From positions 32,001 to 96,000 of the forward strand of contig CAVVNQ010000018.1 in the NCBI GenBank assembly GCA_963749705.1: a stretch of DNA of 64,000 bases, written 5' to 3'. Of the stretch, positions 59,055-64,000 are shown piece after piece (the first letter of the stretch is position 1; each line of letters begins with the position of its first letter). The DNA is from an uncultured Chloroflexia bacterium. Lineage in GTDB: Bacteria > Chloroflexota > Limnocylindria > Limnocylindrales > CSP1-4. The notes below the pieces were generated by a model. The model ran no database searches and was not told where the DNA came from. It was given only the letters and a program-made list of their open reading frames with translations. The translations under genes and the position numbers were made by a program.

Positions 59055-61199
59055 ATGATTTCCCGATCCGCCGAGCAGACCACCGACTTCACCCGCCGCG
59101 ACGCGTGGCGGCTGATCCTCGCGTCGATCATCACGGTCGCTGCGATGTCCGTGATCCTGGGCGTGGACGTCCTGCCCGCCCAGACACAGCTGGAGATCGG
59201 CAAGCCGGCGCTCGATGACGTGCTCGCGCCGCGTGCCGGCGAGTACGTGAGCGACGTGGCCACCGAGGCCGCCCGGCAGGACGCGCGCGACGGCGTCGGC
59301 CCCCAGTACGACTTCACGCCTGCCCAGGGCGAAGCGATCGCCGGTCAGCAGGCGCAGGCGTTCGAGCAGCGGGTCAAGCAGATCGATGCGGCCTTCGACT
59401 CGGCGATCACGCCCGACTTCCGCAACACGCTGCTCGCCCAGGCGATCCCGGACCTCTCGACCGAGGAGACGACGACGCTGGTCACGATGACCCCGCAGCG
59501 CTGGACCGTCGTCCGGGCCGAGGCCGCGCGGGTGCTGGACACGCTCGAGCGCACCGAGCTCAAGGAGACCCAGGTCGCCACCGTGCGCGCCGGGCTGGCG
59601 GGGCGGCTGTCGGCGGACCTCAGCGTCGACGAGCGCAACCTCGCCGCGGCGATCATCGAGCCGCTCGTGGTGGCCAACTCGTCCTACGACCCCCAGCTCA
59701 CCGATACGCGCAAGGCGCAGGCCGCGGACGCGGTCACGCCGGTGCCGGCCGTATGGCAGCGCGGCGACATCATCGTTCGCAAGGGCGATCGCGTGACCGC
59801 CGCGGACATGGAGGCGATCGACTACTTCCAGCTCAACACGGGCGGCCTCGATGTCGCCCGCCTGCTCGGGTTCGTGGTGCTCTCGGCGCTGGTCGTCGGG
59901 TTGCTGCTGACCTGGACGTGGCGCTTCCGCCGCGAGTTCTGGCACCGCAACAACGTGCTGCTGCTGCTCGGACTGCTGCTGGTCGTCGCGGTGTTCGCGC
60001 TCAAGCTCACCGCGGGCCGGGTCGGGGTCCCGTACGCGCTCCCGCTGGCCGCGGTGGGGATGCTGGTCACGGTGCTCCTCGACGGCGGCGTGGCGCTGGT
60101 GATGACCGCGCTCATCGCCGTGATCGCGGCCGCGGTCAACGGCACGGGCCTCGAGCTCGCGGCGTACGTGCTGCTCGGCGGGCTCGCCGGGATCGTGGCC
60201 GTGCGGCGTGGCGACCGGCTCGCCGTGTTCATCCAGGCGGGCATCGCGGTGTTCGCCGTGAACGTCGTGGTCGTCGGCACCTTTGCCCTGCTCGGCGAAC
60301 AGGACATCCGCGGCACGCTCGAGCTGTGGGGCGCCTCGGCCGTGGGGGCGGGCGGATCCGCGGTGGCGGCGGTCGGCACCTTCGCCGTGCTCGGATCGGT
60401 GTTCGGGATCCTGACCGTGTTCCAGCTGCTCGAGCTCGCGAACCCGTCGCAGCCGCTGCTCCGGCGACTGCTGGTCGAGACGCCCGGCACGTACCACCAC
60501 TCGCTGATGGTGGGCAACCTCGCCGAGCGCGCCGCCGAGGCGATCGGGGCGGACCCGCTGCTCGCGCGCGTCGCCGCCTACTACCACGACATCGGCAAGC
60601 TCTCCAATCCCTCGGCGTTCATCGAGAACCAGGCCGGCGGCGACAACATCCACGACGAGCTCGACCCCGAGACCTCCGTCCAGATGCTCAAGGCGCATGT
60701 CAGCGACGGGATCGACACGGCCTACAAGGCGGGGCTGCCGAAGCCGCTGATCGCGTTCATCCCGCAGCACCACGGGACCGGCATCCTGTCCTACTTCTAC
60801 GCCCGGGCGAAGGAGCGCGCGGCGGCCCCGTTCGGCGGCCTCGAGACGGCCGAGGGGCGCAAGGCGGCGGCGGCGATCGAGGTCCGCAAGTACCGCCATG
60901 GCGGTCCCAAGCCGCAGTCGCGCGAGGCCGCGATCATCATGCTCGCGGACTCGGTCGAGGCGTCGGTCCGGTCGCTGTCGTCGCGCGACGAGGCATCGAT
61001 CCGGGCGATGGTGTCGCGGATCTTCGACGAGCGGATCTCCGACGACCAGTTCGACGAATGCGACCTGACGCTGCGCGACATCGAGCGGATCCGCGAGGCG
61101 TTCGTGGAGCAGCTGCTGGGCATGTACCACCAGCGGATCGCGTACCCGCAGAACAAGGTGGTCGAGCTGGAATCGCGGCGAGCCTCCGGGGAGCAGTAG
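59055..61199 (+). CDS. 7TM HD-domain phosphodiesterase (PgpH/YqfF-like)
   Basis: Extracellular domain, 7 TMs, PGTYHHS, YYHDIGK, QHHGT and MLADSVEA. Confidence 0.9.
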   Translation: MISRSAEQTTDFTRRDAWRLILASIITVAAMSVILGVDVLPAQTQLEIGKPALDDVLAPRAGEYVSDVATEAARQDARDGVGPQYDFTPAQGEAIAGQQAQAFEQRVKQIDAAFDSAITPDFRNTLLAQAIPDLSTEETTTLVTMTPQRWTVVRAEAARVLDTLERTELKETQVATVRAGLAGRLSADLSVDERNLAAAIIEPLVVANSSYDPQLTDTRKAQAADAVTPVPAVWQRGDIIVRKGDRVTAADMEAIDYFQLNTGGLDVARLLGFVVLSALVVGLLLTWTWRFRREFWHRNNVLLLLGLLLVVAVFALKLTAGRVGVPYALPLAAVGMLVTVLLDGGVALVMTALIAVIAAAVNGTGLELAAYVLLGGLAGIVAVRRGDRLAVFIQAGIAVFAVNVVVVGTFALLGEQDIRGTLELWGASAVGAGGSAVAAVGTFAVLGSVFGILTVFQLLELANPSQPLLRRLLVETPGTYHHSLMVGNLAERAAEAIGADPLLARVAAYYHDIGKLSNPSAFIENQAGGDNIHDELDPETSVQMLKAHVSDGIDTAYKAGLPKPLIAFIPQHHGTGILSYFYARAKERAAAPFGGLETAEGRKAAAAIEVRKYRHGGPKPQSREAAIIMLADSVEASVRSLSSRDEASIRAMVSRIFDERISDDQFDECDLTLRDIERIREAFVEQLLGMYHQRIAYPQNKVVELESRRASGEQ

Positions 61200-61205
61200 C
61201 GCCCG

Positions 61206-61754
61206 ATGCGCAGCCTGTACCTCGGGCCGTGGCGGATCGACCTGGAGTGGGGTGCCGGGGTCCCGCGGCTGCTCCCGGGTGCCGCGCTTGCCCGCACCGC
61301 CGCGGCCGCGCTCGAGATCGCCGGCGCCCCGACCCCGGCCTCGCTGGGCCTGATCCTGGCCGACGACCGTGAGCTCGCGACGCTCAACGCCGAGCACATG
61401 GGCAAGGACGGCCCGACCGACGTGCTGTCGTTTCCGATGCTCCCGGCCGACGCGTTTCCGGCGCATCCGGGGAAGGCCGGCGACGGGGCCGGGCCGTTCG
61501 CGTTCGCGCTGCCGCCGGGCACCCGCCCGCACCTGGGCGACATCGTGATCTCGGTGGAACGGGCGATCGACCAGGCCGCGGCCGGGCGTGGCGGGCAGAC
61601 GGGCGACGTTCGCTGGGACGCCCTGGACGAGCTGCGACTGCTGGTCACGCACGGCACGCTCCACGTCTGCGGCTGGGATCATGCCGAGCCCGTCGAGGAG
61701 GCCGCGATGCGGTCGCTGGAACGGCGCCTGCTGGGCGGGGACCCCACGGCCTGA
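61206..61754 (+). CDS. ybeY: rRNA maturation endoribonuclease YbeY
   Basis: PTDVLSFP, LGDIVIS and HGTLHVCGWDH. Confidence 0.93.
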   Translation: MRSLYLGPWRIDLEWGAGVPRLLPGAALARTAAAALEIAGAPTPASLGLILADDRELATLNAEHMGKDGPTDVLSFPMLPADAFPAHPGKAGDGAGPFAFALPPGTRPHLGDIVISVERAIDQAAAGRGGQTGDVRWDALDELRLLVTHGTLHVCGWDHAEPVEEAAMRSLERRLLGGDPTA

Positions 61755-61860
61755 CGGTTGGTACCATCACCGCTGAGCCCCGTCGGACACGGTCCCGGGG
61801 CCGTTCGCCGTGTCCGGGCGTCCCCGGCACGCCTGCATCGTCGGAGGTGGGATCGACATC

Positions 61861-62565
61861 GTGAAGCTCGTCGTCGGCCTGGGCAACCCGGGTGGCCAGT
61901 ACGCGGAGACGCGCCACAACATCGGCTGGATGGTGCTCGATCGCCTCGCGGACCGCGCCGGCCGGTCGGGTCGTGGCCGCCAGCGCGATGCGTCGGAGAG
62001 CATCCAGATCCGGTACAAGGGCCTGGACCTCGTGCTCGCCAAGCCGCTGACGTACATGAACGACTCCGGGATCGCGGTGCGCAAGCTGCTCGCGCGCGAG
62101 CGGACCCCGCTCGTCGAGCTGCTCGTCGTCGCCGATGACTTCGCGCTGCCGTTCGGCAAGCTCCGGTTCCGCGAGGGCGGCAGCCACGGCGGCCACAACG
62201 GCCTGCGCTCGATCATCGACGAGATGGGCACCGAGAAGATCGCCCGGCTGCGGGTGGGGATCGGCGAGCCCGATCGCGGGGCCATCGACCACGTGCTCTC
62301 GAAGTTTGCCGCCGACGAGCGCACGCGGCTGCCGATCCTGCTCGACGCCGCCGCGGATGCGGTCGAGGCGTGGGCGCGCGAGGGCACCTCGAAGGCGGCA
62401 AACCGGTTCAACGCCTTCGGGCTCCAGGCACCCGCCGAGAGCGGCGATGGTCCAGGACCGGGCGAGGTTGACGGCCCGGCCGATGACACCGGCGTCCGAC
62501 GCACGCGGACCGGGTGGCGCCGAATCCTGGGCGGCGATAAGGGCGATGACGGCGGCCGCCGATGA
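61861..62565 (+). CDS. pth: Peptidyl-tRNA hydrolase
   Basis: VGLGNPG..Y..TRHNIG, KPLTYMN, GGHNGLRS and RLRVGIG; C-terminal extension. Confidence 0.96.
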   Translation: MKLVVGLGNPGGQYAETRHNIGWMVLDRLADRAGRSGRGRQRDASESIQIRYKGLDLVLAKPLTYMNDSGIAVRKLLARERTPLVELLVVADDFALPFGKLRFREGGSHGGHNGLRSIIDEMGTEKIARLRVGIGEPDRGAIDHVLSKFAADERTRLPILLDAAADAVEAWAREGTSKAANRFNAFGLQAPAESGDGPGPGEVDGPADDTGVRRTRTGWRRILGGDKGDDGGRR

Positions 62566-64000
62566 CCAATCCCTACCGCGGACGGACGACCCGCGAACGA
62601 AAGCTCGCCGACAAGGTCGCTCGAGAGTGGGCGGAGCGACGGGCCGCGGCAGAGGTCGCCGAGCGCGAGGTCGACCTCGATCGCGCGTCCGCCGAGGCGG
62701 AGGTCGAGCTGCTCGATCCCGCGGCGCGCGCCGAGGCCGCACGGACCCCCGACGCGGCGCCCGCCGACGACGCCGCGACCGGCGATGCCCGCGGGCGGCC
62801 CCGGCGGCCGGCGGCGATGCGCTCGCCGGCGGACCGGGCCGGCGCCACGGGCCGCGGCCCCGGCCGCCGCGTCCCCGATCTCGCGGCGCTGCCGCGGCTG
62901 CTCCACGAGACGGGATCGTTCGCATCGCTGCGCGAGCGGCTGGGCATGCCCGCGGACCCGGTGGGGATCCACGGTCGCCACGCCGGCCTGACCACCGTGC
63001 CCCACGGCGCCAAGACGTACCTCGCGGCCGCGCTCGCGCTGGCGCCGTCCGGGGAGCGGATCTGCTGGGTCGCGCGCGACGCGGAGATCGGCGACCGGGT
63101 GGCCGAGGAGCTGGGTGCGTGGCTCGGGGACCCCGCGCTGGTGGCCGTGCTCGAGCCCCGCACGTCGCTGCCCTACGAGCGGAGCGAGCTGGTGCCCGAC
63201 GAGACGGCCGCCCGGGTGGCGGCGCTGGCGGCGTGGCGCGAGGGGACGGCGCGGGTGCTGGTGGCCAGCGTCCAGGCGCTGCTCCAGGCCACGCTCGCCG
63301 CCGCCGATCTCCCGGACCGACCGTGGATCCTCCGGGAAGGGTCGCGGATCGGGCTGGACGCGCTGCTGTCCGAGCTGCTCGAGCGCGGGTACACGCCCGT
63401 CCTCGAGGTCGCGGGACGCGGAGAGCTCGCCCACCGGGGCGGCATCGTCGACGTGTTCCCGCCCTCAGCGGACCTGCCGATCCGGATCGAGCTGTTCGGC
63501 GACGAGGTGGACTCGCTGCGCTCGTTCGATCCCACCGACCAGCGAAGCGTGGAGCCGGTCCACGAGGTCACGCTGCTCCCGGCGACCGAGTTCCTGCTGC
63601 CGGCCGGCGGCGCCGACGAGATCCGGGAGCGGCTGGGGCGCCGTGCCCCGCGACTCCCGGAGCGGCTGGCCCAGGACCTGACGCGGTTCGCGGGCGATGC
63701 GGCAGGGTCATCGGGGCAGCGTGCCGGCCGGGCGCTGGCGGCCGGTGATGCCGCCGAGGTGTGGGCGAGGTTCGTCGCACCGGCCACGGGCCTCGACCAC
63801 CTCGGCCCCGAGACCCTGCTGGTGCTCGACGAGCCCGGCGACCTCGCCGACGCGGCGGACTTCCTGTGGCGCCAGGCGGACGAGCGCCAGGCGGAGCTCG
63901 TCGACAGCGGCGACCTGCCGAAGGACTGGCCGGGCGCCTTTCTCCCGCCGCGGGACTGGAAGGCGCGCCTGCATGGAGCCCGCACGCTGGAGCTCACCTG
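62562..64000 (+). CDS. mfd: Transcription-repair coupling factor (5' part, runs off the window)
   Basis: Absent from the ORF track because there is no stop in the window. ATG 62562 overlaps the pth stop; the frame reads LPYERS, RGGIVDVFP and RIELFGDEVDSLRSFDPTDQRS. The pth-mfd order is conserved. Confidence 0.92.
   Translation, partial: MTNPYRGRTTRERKLADKVAREWAERRAAAEVAEREVDLDRASAEAEVELLDPAARAEAARTPDAAPADDAATGDARGRPRRPAAMRSPADRAGATGRGPGRRVPDLAALPRLLHETGSFASLRERLGMPADPVGIHGRHAGLTTVPHGAKTYLAAALALAPSGERICWVARDAEIGDRVAEELGAWLGDPALVAVLEPRTSLPYERSELVPDETAARVAALAAWREGTARVLVASVQALLQATLAAADLPDRPWILREGSRIGLDALLSELLERGYTPVLEVAGRGELAHRGGIVDVFPPSADLPIRIELFGDEVDSLRSFDPTDQRSVEPVHEVTLLPATEFLLPAGGADEIRERLGRRAPRLPERLAQDLTRFAGDAAGSSGQRAGRALAAGDAAEVWARFVAPATGLDHLGPETLLVLDEPGDLADAADFLWRQADERQAELVDSGDLPKDWPGAFLPPRDWKARLHGARTLELT

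Overview
Very GC-rich, densely coding bacterial chromosome segment. Gene content and order suggest Chloroflexota, possibly Ca. Limnocylindria (inference, not verified). The backbone is the conserved run lepA-hemW-hrcA-grpE-dnaK ... dnaJ-prmA-mtaB-HIT ... rpsU-yqeY-HD/PgpH-ybeY-pth-mfd, interrupted by three blocks. Block 1 is a REC-PAS-EAL protein with a convergent 5TM-PAS histidine kinase. Block 2 (about 24 kb) holds an XRE-HTH/PD-(D/E)xK nuclease gene, a TetR-led classical menaquinone operon (menF-D-H-B-A-C-E-G), two ABC exporters, a family-5 UDG, a HAD hydrolase and a class A PBP. Block 3 holds an acyl-CoA synthetase, an MFS transporter, an orphan TIR gene, an SDR, a DUF218 protein and galE. 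I recognised no rRNA, tRNA, CRISPR array or classical transposase. The most interesting observations are: (1) a ~160-170 bp three-box element present twice, once fused to the 3' end of the HTH-nuclease gene (20470-20638) and once as a gene-less copy (50016-50173), both flanked by short tandem duplications, a candidate nuclease-associated REP/MITE-like system; (2) MenE fused to an extra alpha/beta hydrolase in a men operon that lacks menI; (3) a TetR with a perfect 20-bp operator heading the men operon; (4) a stand-alone CAP12/Pycsar-type TIR gene flanked by TGC-N12-GCA palindromes. Start codons were re-picked by eye and all product calls come from motif recognition, not database searches.
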